A stretch of 64,000 nt of DNA, taken from an uncultured virus (IMG/VR IMGVR_UViG_3300043427_003288) (lineage: Duplodnaviria; Heunggongvirae; Uroviricota; Caudoviricetes). A model generated the notes under the pieces. The model searched no databases. It was given only the letters and a program-made list of their open reading frames with translations, and had not been told where the DNA came from. Shown here piece after piece: positions 40,647 through 49,889 of the stretch; position 1 is the first letter of the stretch, and the number at the start of each line of letters is the position of its first letter. Position numbers and translations under genes: made by a program. Location: the IMG/VR virus record IMGVR_UViG_3300043427_003288. One strand, given 5' to 3'.

Positions 40647-41744
40647 TTAAATGGTACGCAAAGTGTTACAAATTTTCTCAACTGTATTTTCGTAAGTGAA
40701 ATTCTGTCCCAATTTAATACCAGCTTGATTAAGTACTTTATTTTCAGCAAGGGCTACCGCTTTTTGAATAGCTTGAATAGCTTCATCTTCATTAAAATCA
40801 TAAATATTACCTTGATTGAACTCAGAGCCTTTCTTAAAGAAAGCCCCATCATAAGCTTCAATTTTGCCGCTTGGCTCAACAAGTATAGCATTGTCTCTAG
40901 TGGCCCAATCTTTGTGACTTGTTGCGTTAAGCACAACGCTCCACTTGCCGAGGCAAGTCGCGTTGAAAGCTGGTAAGCCCCAACCCTCTGCCCCACTTAA
41001 GCCGCTAAGATCAATATCGGCTGAGTTTAAAATATCATTAACTTCTGAATTAGTGGTCACAAACGGAAGCACGTTAATATTGCTAGCCATTTGTTTGTAT
41101 GAAGCTATGACCTTTTGAGTAAAGTCTTTTGGAAGAAATGGGTTAATGATAGAACAAGTAAGCTGAAACTTTGGATTGTTTCCATAAAGCTTTGCCCACA
41201 TTTTAACAATCTTATCTGTGTGTTTTCGTTTTTCGAACTTGCCCATTAGCAAAAAGTTAATCTTTCCATCTAAATACTTTTTGCCAGTAACGTGAAAGTC
41301 TGGGTCAAATCCAAGTGGCACGCTTTGCACGTTCTGATTGCCAGCGCCAATAAAAGAATTTGCTGCGTAAGAGCTTGAAAATAAAGTTACATCTTGAAGA
41401 CCAACTATTGCTTTTTCTGCAACAGTTGGCTGATCAAGTTCGTAAAAAGTCAGTAACGCCTGACGAGAAGTCATTCTCTTCTCGGCTCCATTGATATGCC
41501 AAAGTTTTAGGGTAATAGCGTCTTTTGATAGATTGGTGAATCTGCTATCAATTAAGCTTTTTACCCAAAGGGTAAAATCCTTTGGCATTTTGTCGAAAGC
41601 GGACAATTCAACATTTCCAATTGGAAAGTACGAAACCTTAAAACTAGGATCTTGCTGTACCTTCTTAAAGAGAACCTTTAAGATGTTATAGGTTACGTTT
41701 CCAAAGGAAACTTGATTCAATGGAGCTTCGAAGAGAATATTCAT
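40647..41744 (-). CDS. GT-B glycosyltransferase (GT4-like)
   Basis: GKFEKRK, SGAEGWGLPAFNA..LGK. Confidence 0.75.
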   Translation of the reverse strand: MNILFEAPLNQVSFGNVTYNILKVLFKKVQQDPSFKVSYFPIGNVELSAFDKMPKDFTLWVKSLIDSRFTNLSKDAITLKLWHINGAEKRMTSRQALLTFYELDQPTVAEKAIVGLQDVTLFSSSYAANSFIGAGNQNVQSVPLGFDPDFHVTGKKYLDGKINFLLMGKFEKRKHTDKIVKMWAKLYGNNPKFQLTCSIINPFLPKDFTQKVIASYKQMASNINVLPFVTTNSEVNDILNSADIDLSGLSGAEGWGLPAFNATCLGKWSVVLNATSHKDWATRDNAILVEPSGKIEAYDGAFFKKGSEFNQGNIYDFNEDEAIQAIQKAVALAENKVLNQAGIKLGQNFTYENTVEKICNTLRTI

Positions 41745-42169
41745 CAGATTGGAACTTCGTCTTCGTCAGCTTCTACAGGAGCAGGCTTTGCTGGCGCCTT
41801 TGCTACTGTTCTCGCGGCTGCTCTTGGGGCGGGAGCGGCATCTTCAGTCTCAGCTCCGTCCTTCTTCTTGCCTCCAACAAAGTTTACTCTATCTGCGACA
41901 ACGAGAATTTTAGTCTTTTTCTCTCCGTTCTTTTCCCAAGAGTCTTGCTTAAGGCGACCAATGACTGATACGCTGCTGCCCTTCTTTACGTGAGTTGTGA
42001 CAAACTCAGCTTGCTTCTCCCACACATCGACATCGATGAACACCGTATCCTTGTCGTTGATTGGGTTGTTGACTGCCAGACGGAAAGAAGCGATACTCTT
42101 TCCAGTTGAGGTGCTGCGGGCCATTGGCTCCGCAACAACGTTTCCTGCGAGGACTACTGAATTAATCAT
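41744..42169 (-). CDS. ssb: single-stranded DNA-binding protein
   Basis: NSVVLAGN, FRLAVN, KKGSSVSVIGRL..DSWE, acidic tail DEDEVPI. Confidence 0.95.
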   Translation of the reverse strand: MINSVVLAGNVVAEPMARSTSTGKSIASFRLAVNNPINDKDTVFIDVDVWEKQAEFVTTHVKKGSSVSVIGRLKQDSWEKNGEKKTKILVVADRVNFVGGKKKDGAETEDAAPAPRAAARTVAKAPAKPAPVEADEDEVPI

Positions 42170-42743
42170 TTTTTTTAACGTAGGTTTTTTTAAGCTTTTT
42201 GAAGGCTAGGTTGTGAATATTGATACAGCCTTGAATCGATAAGTCAAGCTCTTTTGCAATTTTTCTCCAAGGAGTTAGCTTTTTCTTTTCTGAAAAATAT
42301 CTCATTTTAAATATTTTTTCAATTCTTTTGTCTTCTAAAGTCGAAAGTTGAGCAAGGATATCGCGCAACATTTCTTGCTCTGCTAATTCCTTCGGCTCTG
42401 AACTCTCAAACTCGCAATCAAAATTTTCTTCCATTGGTAAGTGGCGACGCTTATTTGATGAGTTTAAACAAAGCCATCTTGTGTGATTTCCAAGATAAGT
42501 CGAAAACTTGATATTGCGTTTTTCATCGAAGGTTTTCACGGCATCAAAAATATTTGATTCCTTATTCGACATTAAATCATAAAAATTATCAATAGCAGTT
42601 TCTCTTGGAGCATAACTGTGAACCATCTGCAAATAAATGCCAGAATGTCTGTTGACGATCTCCATGAAGCAATCGCTATCGCCACTCTTTTTAACCTTTT
42701 GGATCAGGTCAAGATCGTCCATTTTTTCTGGAATTAATCTCAT
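42162..42743 (-). CDS. phage RNA polymerase sigma-70 family factor
   Basis: Region 2 AVKTFDEKRNIKFSTY; region 4 HTH IFKMRYF..WRKIAKELDLS..I.N.AFKKLK; start may be a few codons downstream. Confidence 0.8.
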   Translation of the reverse strand: MRLIPEKMDDLDLIQKVKKSGDSDCFMEIVNRHSGIYLQMVHSYAPRETAIDNFYDLMSNKESNIFDAVKTFDEKRNIKFSTYLGNHTRWLCLNSSNKRRHLPMEENFDCEFESSEPKELAEQEMLRDILAQLSTLEDKRIEKIFKMRYFSEKKKLTPWRKIAKELDLSIQGCINIHNLAFKKLKKTYVKKND

Positions 42744-43210
42744 TTTCCTGTGCTTCCAAAGCCGCCAAGACCTCTTTCGGAATCATCCAATGATTCGGTT
42801 TGATGAGCCACAAAATTAAAAATTGGCATGAACATCAACTGCCCAATCTTATCTCCTTTTTTATAAATCAAGGAATTCTTGGTTGGCTTGCCTTTGCCGA
42901 GGTAGCGGAAGCGGAGCTTGATCGAGGCGCGATACCCATTGTCGATTACGCCAACAGAATTGCAAAGCGCCAAATGATATTTACTTACGCTAGATCTTGG
43001 AAACAAAAGAGTGAAAAAGCCATCTGGTGGTTGAATTGCAACTCCCGTGTCGTACTCGATATACAAAATTTTCTTACCTGCTTCGTCCAAGTAAACAAAA
43101 GTTGGATCTTCTGCCGCTACGAGATCCCATCCCGCATCGCCCTTTGCTGGGGGAATCACGTTATTTTCGAAACCATTTTTGAGAACTTTGAACGATAGGT
43201 TTGTCTGCAT
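42740..43210 (-). CDS. dut: trimeric dUTPase
   Basis: AGWDL, PRSS, GVIDNGYR, GDKIGQL, RGLGGFGSTG motifs. Confidence 0.95.
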   Translation of the reverse strand: MQTNLSFKVLKNGFENNVIPPAKGDAGWDLVAAEDPTFVYLDEAGKKILYIEYDTGVAIQPPDGFFTLLFPRSSVSKYHLALCNSVGVIDNGYRASIKLRFRYLGKGKPTKNSLIYKKGDKIGQLMFMPIFNFVAHQTESLDDSERGLGGFGSTGK

Positions 43211-43245
43211 GTTCGTACTTTGCCTGAGATTCTAAACTTTGTCAA
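43211..43245 (-). promoter_or_regulatory. sigma70-like promoter, leaderless geometry
   Basis: TTGACA-N17-CAAAGT-N6-ATG on the minus strand. Confidence 0.5.
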
Positions 43246-43302
43246 GAGGTTTTCAACCAATCACGGCTCGGCGTAATTTAAAAAACGAAGTTTTTTAAAT
43301 TT

Positions 43303-43416
43303 AAAGAAAAGGGGGGTACGGGGGTCAAGGGTGGGGCGGGGGATAATAGGGGGGAGAGTATGAGAGGGGGGAAAGAAGGGGGCGGGGAGGGATAGGGGGA
43401 AGGGGGGAAAAACAAA
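43303..43416. repeat. G-rich polypurine mirror repeat (12 G-runs)
   Basis: G-run lengths 6,5,3,4,5,6|6,5,4,3,5,6 around AGAGTATGAGA, centre 43360. Confidence 0.9.
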
Positions 43417-43420
43417 AAAG

Positions 43421-43427
43421 GTGTAAA
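43421..43427 (+). promoter_or_regulatory. GTGTAAA motif, putative late promoter
   Basis: Begins 24 nt before ATG 43445. Confidence 0.5.
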
Positions 43428-43444
43428 TAAAAAATAGCCCCAAG

Positions 43445-44122
43445 ATGAGAATCTTCAGATTTAAAATTAGCATTTTCGCCGCAATTCTTTGCACGATTGT
43501 AACAATTGGGGCCAATTTTGTCTTCAAATTTCTGGATAAAAATTATTTTTATAAACACTACTTACCGCAAAACGAAGTTCGGCCATTAGAACCAAAGATA
43601 GAAACAAACAAAAAAGATTACTTTTATTTATCGATTGAGCCGCCAGAAAAGAAAACTTTCTTTATTCAGTCTTATGACTCTGAGTATTTAAAGCAGTCTT
43701 TAATAAAAAATGGCCTATCTCCAGAAACTGCAATCATACTAAGAGATGAAAAATATTCATTGGTTGATGCTGAATGGTTCGATAGTTATGCAGATTGGTG
43801 GGCAAATTTCTTAGAAAAAAACTACATATCATTCGAAAATGATACGTTCGATTGTGACAACTTTTCTGATCTTTTCATGGTTATATTTGGCCTATCAAAT
43901 ACAACTTCTATATACAAATCTAACGCTCAATTAGCCTGCGCTACAATCATTGTAAACAACGTATATTCTTTCGCGGGCATACCCGCGCAGGAGGACTCTT
44001 GGCACTCTCTTAACCTAGTTTGGACAAACTCTTCTTGGTTTGTTATAGAGCCGCAGAATGGAGTGTATATAAGCCTAGATTCATATCCTAACAAAAAGCA
44101 TATAAAGGCAGTCATATTTTAG
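43445..44122 (+). CDS. membrane-anchored papain/transglutaminase-like protein
   Basis: N-terminal hydrophobic helix; FDCDNFS, HSLN, IEPQN suggest a Cys-His-Glu triad. Confidence 0.6.
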   Translation: MRIFRFKISIFAAILCTIVTIGANFVFKFLDKNYFYKHYLPQNEVRPLEPKIETNKKDYFYLSIEPPEKKTFFIQSYDSEYLKQSLIKNGLSPETAIILRDEKYSLVDAEWFDSYADWWANFLEKNYISFENDTFDCDNFSDLFMVIFGLSNTTSIYKSNAQLACATIIVNNVYSFAGIPAQEDSWHSLNLVWTNSSWFVIEPQNGVYISLDSYPNKKHIKAVIF

Positions 44123-44128
44123 TGTAAA
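44122..44128 (+). promoter_or_regulatory. GTGTAAA motif, putative late promoter
   Basis: Begins 15 nt before ATG 44137. Confidence 0.55.
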
Positions 44129-44136
44129 TATGCTAT

Positions 44137-44913
44137 ATGGAAATTGATTTTTCGAAACAAATAGCCGAGGCCGGAAAAACTGGGCTTTGGGAAAACATCA
44201 GAAAAAAGAAGCAAAGAATGGGCAAAAACTATCGCCCAGCAAAGCCCGGTTCTCCCGACCGTCCAAGCAAAAAGGCTTGGGAGAAAGCTCAGGCTGCTAT
44301 TGAACTTACATACACCGAGGCAGAGAAGAAGACTCTCAATAAGCCGTTCAGACTTCCCTCTGGTTCTAAAAAGAAGTTTGGCGTTTACGTTAAGAATCCA
44401 AAAGGCAATGTTGTTATGGTTAAGTTTGGAGATCCAAATATGGAGATCAAACGCGACGATCCAGATAGACGTAAAAACTTCCGCGCCCGCCATCAATGCG
44501 ATAGCAATCCTGGTCCAAAGTGGAAAGCTCGTTACTGGAGTTGCAGAATGTGGGAAGGCGGTAAGTCTGTGACTCAGGTCACAAAGGGATCAATCGCTGA
44601 GACTAGCGAAGCCGCCGAAGAGCTTTTTGATTTAGCTGATCTTTTGAATCAAAACCCAAATCTTTCCACAGCCGCAGAAATAGAGACTGAAAACGAAGAA
44701 ATGATTGACTATCAAGAAGAGGCTGTTGATATGACTTATCAAAATCTATCAACGATCAAAAGAAAAGCTGAACAGTTGATGGCAATGATAGACGCTAATC
44801 CAGAAGCCGCTATGGAAATTACTGAGCCTTGGGTTGCGGCTAAAATTACAGTAATTGACGACTACATTGGTGCAGTTTATGATTATTTAGCTTCGGAATC
44901 TACAGAAAATTAA
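44137..44913 (+). CDS. conserved large-phage hypothetical protein (basic domain, possible internal head protein)
   Basis: KKFGVYVKN..V.FGDPNM..RRKNFRARHQC..ARYWSC..W basic module plus acidic tail. Confidence 0.6.
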   Translation: MEIDFSKQIAEAGKTGLWENIRKKKQRMGKNYRPAKPGSPDRPSKKAWEKAQAAIELTYTEAEKKTLNKPFRLPSGSKKKFGVYVKNPKGNVVMVKFGDPNMEIKRDDPDRRKNFRARHQCDSNPGPKWKARYWSCRMWEGGKSVTQVTKGSIAETSEAAEELFDLADLLNQNPNLSTAAEIETENEEMIDYQEEAVDMTYQNLSTIKRKAEQLMAMIDANPEAAMEITEPWVAAKITVIDDYIGAVYDYLASESTEN

Positions 44914-44936
44914 AAGTTGTTATTGTCAGTTTCGTA

Positions 44937-44964
44937 TTGACAAATTATCGATACGCCTTAGCAT
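44937..44964 (+). promoter_or_regulatory. sigma70-like promoter
   Basis: TTGACA-N16-TAGCAT upstream of the glycan island. Confidence 0.5.
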
Positions 44965-44985
44965 TGACTAAGGCGTATTTCTTTT
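44951..44985 (+). terminator. intrinsic terminator-like hairpin
   Basis: ATACGCCTTAG-CATTGA-CTAAGGCGTAT followed by TTCTTTT. Confidence 0.7.
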
Positions 44986-44999
44986 AATGTTCAAAAACA

Positions 45000-45650
45000 A
45001 TGCCTGAAGTAACTTTAAATGATAATTTTGGATCTTCTATATCTCAGATCATCAAAAACTTTAACTGCTATAAAGTTTTAGAAATAGGATCATGGGACGG
45101 AACTGGATCGACTAGATGCATTATCAATGGAATGCTACAGTTCGACCAAAAGTCTTTAACATGCCTTGAGGTAGACGAAACTAAGTTCGCTGATTTAATT
45201 TTTAATGTCTCTCATTTGCCTTGGGTAAAATGCCATAACGAATCTTCTATATGTTACGAATCTTTAGTTTATAAAAATTTTGACGAAATCTGGAACTCGC
45301 CTTTTAATGGGCTTCCAAGACAGTGGAATCCAAAAGAAATAGTCCAAGGATGGTTTGATAGAGATGTAGAGGCTATGAAAAAAATCAAAATTGGATTTTT
45401 GGAAAAAGACACTAATAGATATGACGCTGCCCTTATTGATGGAGGAGAATTTACTGGTTATAGCGAATTTTCTTTACTTAAAGATAAAGTTAATTTCTTT
45501 TTTCTAGACGACGCATTTCATGCATTTAAGACTAGACAAGTTTTTTTTGAGCTTTATCAAGACTCAAGCTGGGAATGTTTATGCTACGACGAAAACACCA
45601 GAAATGGATTTGCCATATTTAAAAGAAGAAATTTATTGTGTACGACATAA
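45000..45650 (+). CDS. class I SAM-dependent methyltransferase
   Basis: VLEIGSWDGTGST, CLEVD, LIDGGEFTG, LDD. Confidence 0.7.
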   Translation: MPEVTLNDNFGSSISQIIKNFNCYKVLEIGSWDGTGSTRCIINGMLQFDQKSLTCLEVDETKFADLIFNVSHLPWVKCHNESSICYESLVYKNFDEIWNSPFNGLPRQWNPKEIVQGWFDRDVEAMKKIKIGFLEKDTNRYDAALIDGGEFTGYSEFSLLKDKVNFFFLDDAFHAFKTRQVFFELYQDSSWECLCYDENTRNGFAIFKRRNLLCTT

Positions 45651-46570
45651 AAGATATTTTAGTAAAGTTTTATTCTTCTAAGGAGTCTACTCGTCAAAAA
45701 ATAGACTGTTCTTTTTTGCAGGAAAATTGTGGTCTTTCAATATATACCCTCAACCCTGGTTTTGGCGATGCGATAGTGTTAACCTCTTTATCTAAAAATA
45801 AAAAAAATCATGTTCTATATTGTCCAAACAAGCATTGGGAAACGCTAGTAAAATTTAATAAAAATTTAAGTAAGCAGCCTATCGGAGATAGGTTTATAAG
45901 AACGGAGCTGTTAGAGTTATTTGACTTGGGCAACGGGCATCTTTATCAAAGACTTCAAAGAGCATTTGGGATAGAACAAGATCTCATTCCAAAAGGTTAT
46001 CTTTATCCAACACAAGAAATACAGAAAAATAAAAAAAAGATAGCAGTATGCTTCTCAACTGGACCTAGCGGTCTAGATTTACTTTCTGTTGGTTTTAAAA
46101 ATCCAAGAAGACTCGATCAAACAGCGGAAGTTGAGGTCAGAAAATTTATAGAAGACTCTAGTTATGAATTTGTAGAACTAGGCTCCGAAAGAATGTTTGA
46201 TTATGAAAACGTAAAAGATTTTACGAAAAAAACAATAGAGGATTCTCTTAATGAACTAGATTCATGCGAGTACTTTATTGGTCTTAATAGTGGATTTATG
46301 AGTGCAGCAGCCGCTCTTTCTATAAAATCTATAATACTTCTTAATGTACCAAGGATTGAAGATTTGTATTTGCCTGTTATAAAAGACTTTTATGATGAAA
46401 AATCTAGAAGCGGTCAGGATATCCAATGGCTTTTCCCTCAAAACGTATTTTTGCATCAGCATGAAGAAAACGAATTAGTTCCAATTGTGTCTTGCGATAA
46501 TATTAAAAAGGCTCTAAATGGCGAAGTGTATCCATTTTGGAAAACCGATTATCTAGATTTAATATTTTAG
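45638..46570 (+). CDS. GT9-like glycosyltransferase
   Basis: GFGDAI, CEYFIGLNSGFMSAAAAL. Confidence 0.65.
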   Translation: MYDIKDILVKFYSSKESTRQKIDCSFLQENCGLSIYTLNPGFGDAIVLTSLSKNKKNHVLYCPNKHWETLVKFNKNLSKQPIGDRFIRTELLELFDLGNGHLYQRLQRAFGIEQDLIPKGYLYPTQEIQKNKKKIAVCFSTGPSGLDLLSVGFKNPRRLDQTAEVEVRKFIEDSSYEFVELGSERMFDYENVKDFTKKTIEDSLNELDSCEYFIGLNSGFMSAAAALSIKSIILLNVPRIEDLYLPVIKDFYDEKSRSGQDIQWLFPQNVFLHQHEENELVPIVSCDNIKKALNGEVYPFWKTDYLDLIF

Positions 46571-46598
46571 AAAATCAAATATTTAAATATTTAACACA

Positions 46599-47210
46599 AT
46601 GTATTCTCAGGTATATCAAGATGAAGTAGCTTATAAGCTTTGCAAAAATGGTTTTTTTGTAGATATCGGAGCTGGAGATGGATTCTTTGATCCAAACGGC
46701 GGAAATTCTTTATATTTAGAAGAGATGGGCTGGAGTGGACTTCTTATAGAAGGAGATCAGAATAGACATTTGATTTCAAAGGCAAATAGAAAATCAACTT
46801 CTATTTTAGCTATGATACCAGACCACCCTTTAGAAGAAATATTCAAAAACAATAATTGCCCAAATGTAATAGACTATTTGTCAATAGACATAGAGCCGTC
46901 TAGCCTTATTGCTTTGGAAAATTTTCCGTTCTCTAATTTTAGATTTAAATTTCTTACTTTTGAGCATGATTTTTACGCCAAGAGAGATAATGGAAAATGC
47001 AAAGATAAATCTTTTGAAATTTTAAGTAAAATGGGTTATCATTGTTTTGCAGAAAATGTTTTGATACCCGAACCCGATGTATATTCTAAAGAAGAATGTT
47101 TTTTTGAAGATTGGTGGGTTAATCCAGATTTTTTTAGCTCTGACTTTTTAACCGCTAATAATTTTAAACAAAAGTCTGGAAAGTTTATTTTAAATAATAT
47201 TAAGCTTTAA
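46599..47210 (+). CDS. FkbM-family methyltransferase
   Basis: YSQ..QD, GFFVDIGAGDG, GWSGLLIE, IDYLSIDIE. Confidence 0.8.
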   Translation: MYSQVYQDEVAYKLCKNGFFVDIGAGDGFFDPNGGNSLYLEEMGWSGLLIEGDQNRHLISKANRKSTSILAMIPDHPLEEIFKNNNCPNVIDYLSIDIEPSSLIALENFPFSNFRFKFLTFEHDFYAKRDNGKCKDKSFEILSKMGYHCFAENVLIPEPDVYSKEECFFEDWWVNPDFFSSDFLTANNFKQKSGKFILNNIKL

Positions 47211-48490
47211 TGCATATTAAGCACCATAACTTTTGCAGAGGATGCGGAAATCCTAATTTGCAAGAAATTTTAAATCTTGGAGAAATGCACTTTCAAGGTT
47301 GCTTTAAGAAAGACGGGGTTTCAAGCCCACCAAAAAGAAAAATGCCAAATGTTATTTTGAGATGCGATACATCAAAAAATGAAAATGCATGTGGGCTAAT
47401 TCAAACAAAACACTCGGTATCTCCAGAAATTCTTTATCGAAATTATTGGTATGAGTCTGGGATTAGCTTTACAATGAGAAGCCACCTGCAAAATATTGTA
47501 AAGCAGGCGGTAGAAATAAAATCTTCCGAAAAAATTAAATATGTTTTAGATATAGCCAGTAATGACAATACGCTTTTGCGCTCATATAGAAACCATGAAG
47601 ACTCTTCCAACGCTTCAATAAAAAAATATGGAGTAGACCCATCCAATGTAGCTTCAAAACAAAACGACAAAGATATTTTCGTTATAAACGAAACATTTCC
47701 AACAAAAAAACTCACTTCTGAGTTTTATGAAAAATTTGATATTATTACATCTATAGCTTGTTTTTATGATGTTAATGAGCCGGACAACTTTATTGATCAA
47801 GTTAAAAGACTTCTTTCATGCAATGGAATTTGGATTTTTGAAGTTGCTTATTGGCCGACAATGCTAGAAAAAATCGCCTACGATTCTTGCGTAAATGAGC
47901 ATGTAATACATTATCATTTAGCCCCATTAGAATTTATTCTAAAAAAGAACGGAATGAAGATTTTTAAAGCCGAAAAGACCCCAACAAATGGAGGATCAAT
48001 TCTTTGTTTTGTTTGTAAAGCCGAATGCGAAGACTTTAACAAAGAGCCTTGGCAAAATAATCTTAAAGAGCTTAGGCTTGAAGAATTTGACGCATGCCTA
48101 GACGAACAAGAGACCTATTATAAGTTTAATCAAAAAATAGAATCAAACAAGTCTAAGCTTGTATCTTTATTGAAGGAAATTGTAAAATCAGGAAATACAA
48201 TTCATATTTACGGATCTTCTACAAAACTAAATACGATATTAGGATATTGTGATATTGGCCCAAACATAACTCCTTATGCAGCCGAAAGAAGTCCAAATAA
48301 AATTGGTGCCGAAACATTATCTGGAATAAAAATAATTTCAGAAGAGCAATCTAGATCTATGAAGCCAGATTATTATTTAGTTGGCCCATATCATTTCAAA
48401 AACGAAATATTGCTGAGAGAATCAGAAGCTATTAAAAATGGAGTAAAGTTTATTTTCCCACTCCCTGATGTAGAGGTTTATCCATGTTAA
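47210..48490 (+). CDS. NDP-sugar C-methyltransferase
   Basis: CRGCG zinc motif, VLDIASND.TLL, EH..HY, NGGSI, IHIYGSSTK.NTIL, FIFPLP. Confidence 0.85.
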   Translation: MHIKHHNFCRGCGNPNLQEILNLGEMHFQGCFKKDGVSSPPKRKMPNVILRCDTSKNENACGLIQTKHSVSPEILYRNYWYESGISFTMRSHLQNIVKQAVEIKSSEKIKYVLDIASNDNTLLRSYRNHEDSSNASIKKYGVDPSNVASKQNDKDIFVINETFPTKKLTSEFYEKFDIITSIACFYDVNEPDNFIDQVKRLLSCNGIWIFEVAYWPTMLEKIAYDSCVNEHVIHYHLAPLEFILKKNGMKIFKAEKTPTNGGSILCFVCKAECEDFNKEPWQNNLKELRLEEFDACLDEQETYYKFNQKIESNKSKLVSLLKEIVKSGNTIHIYGSSTKLNTILGYCDIGPNITPYAAERSPNKIGAETLSGIKIISEEQSRSMKPDYYLVGPYHFKNEILLRESEAIKNGVKFIFPLPDVEVYPC

Positions 48491-48828
48491 AATTAACGGT
48501 TGAGGAAGGGTACGCTTACGATTATCTTTCTATTCTTCAAATTAAGTTTGATAAATTAAAAACAGAAAACTCAAAAACTCTTTTTTTAAATTGCTCTATT
48601 GATTTGAAAAATCAAATTGGAGAAGAGGCTCATAATAAAATAATTAACTCTATCGAGTATAAAGATTTATGCACATCTAACGAAAATACTTTTTATTGCG
48701 TAGAGCAAGCTAGATACGGCAATATCTCCTCCAAGGAGGTTGACGAAGCAAACATGCAGAGATATATAAACAAAACAAAATTACAAAAAAAATTCTTCAA
48801 CACAACTTCGCTTGAAGAAAAATCATAA
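48484..48828 (+). CDS. hypothetical protein
   Basis: 114 aa, D.LSILQIK..N.QR..K..L..EEK pattern seen in glycan clusters. Confidence 0.6.
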   Translation: MLKLTVEEGYAYDYLSILQIKFDKLKTENSKTLFLNCSIDLKNQIGEEAHNKIINSIEYKDLCTSNENTFYCVEQARYGNISSKEVDEANMQRYINKTKLQKKFFNTTSLEEKS

Positions 48829-48851
48829 TTATAAACTTAATTTTTAAATTA

Positions 48852-49889
48852 ATGAAAAAAGTAATAGTTACAGGCGTAACAGGGCAAGACGGAAGCCATA
48901 TGGTAGATTTTCTTCTTGCCAATACAGATTATTTTATTTTTGGTGGAGCAAGGCGCGTTAGCGTGCCAAATCATTCAAATATATCTCATGTTAAATCTGA
49001 TAGGTTTAAAATGATAGACTTAGACTCCACTGATCCAGAAAATATTAATAGTGCAATATCTTCAATAAAGCCTGATTATTTTATTAATTTTGCGGCTAAT
49101 TCTTTTGTTGGAAGCAGTTGGGAATTACCAGTAAACCATGTTGAGACCAATACAATGTCTGTTCTTTATCAACTTGAAGCTATAAGAAAATTTGCCCCAA
49201 CTTGCCGTTATTATAACGCTGGATCTTCTGAAGAATTTGGAGATGTTATGTATATGCCGCAGGACGAAAACCATCCACTTCGTCCACGCAGTCCATATGG
49301 AGCATCAAAAGCCGCAGCTAGGCATATAGTTAAAGTTTGGAGAGAGTCTTATGGCGTATATGCTGTACAGGGATGGCTTTTTAATCACGAAGGCACCCGT
49401 AGAGGAAAAGACTTTGTTACTAGAAAAATTACAATTAATGTTGCAAAAATTAAAAAAGCTTTAGATTTAGATATTAAATTTGAGCCTATCGAACTTGGCA
49501 ATTTGATGTCTAAGCGGGACTGGAGTGATGCAGAAGATTTTGTAGAAGGTGTCTGGTTAATGCTTAACCAAAATACGCCAAAAGATTATGTTTTGGCTTC
49601 AAATGAAACTCATACGGTTAGAGAGTTCGTTGAGCTTGCATTTTCAAGAGCAGGTATCGAGGGGCAATGGCTTGGAAACAAAGGAACAATTGAGGAAACT
49701 TATATTCATAAGGACTCTAAGAAAATACTAGTAAAAATTAATCCTATATTTTTTAGACCGGCAGAAGTAGATATTTTGCTTGGAGACTCTTCTTTGGCTA
49801 GAAAAGAACTTAACTGGACGCCCAAAACTTCATTCTCTGATTTAGTTAAAAAAATGGTAGATAACGATATCGCTCTTCAAAGCAAATGA
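48852..49889 (+). CDS. gmd: GDP-mannose 4,6-dehydratase
   Basis: TGVTGQDGS, SSEEFG, PRSPYGASK, FNHE, FVTRKIT, LGNL.SKRDW, FRPAEVDILLGD. Confidence 0.95.
   Translation: MKKVIVTGVTGQDGSHMVDFLLANTDYFIFGGARRVSVPNHSNISHVKSDRFKMIDLDSTDPENINSAISSIKPDYFINFAANSFVGSSWELPVNHVETNTMSVLYQLEAIRKFAPTCRYYNAGSSEEFGDVMYMPQDENHPLRPRSPYGASKAAARHIVKVWRESYGVYAVQGWLFNHEGTRRGKDFVTRKITINVAKIKKALDLDIKFEPIELGNLMSKRDWSDAEDFVEGVWLMLNQNTPKDYVLASNETHTVREFVELAFSRAGIEGQWLGNKGTIEETYIHKDSKKILVKINPIFFRPAEVDILLGDSSLARKELNWTPKTSFSDLVKKMVDNDIALQSK

Noticed and set aside
43261..43558. Pro-rich minus-strand ORFs across the G tract
   Set aside because: Low-complexity translations of the C-rich strand that overlap a better gene on the + strand
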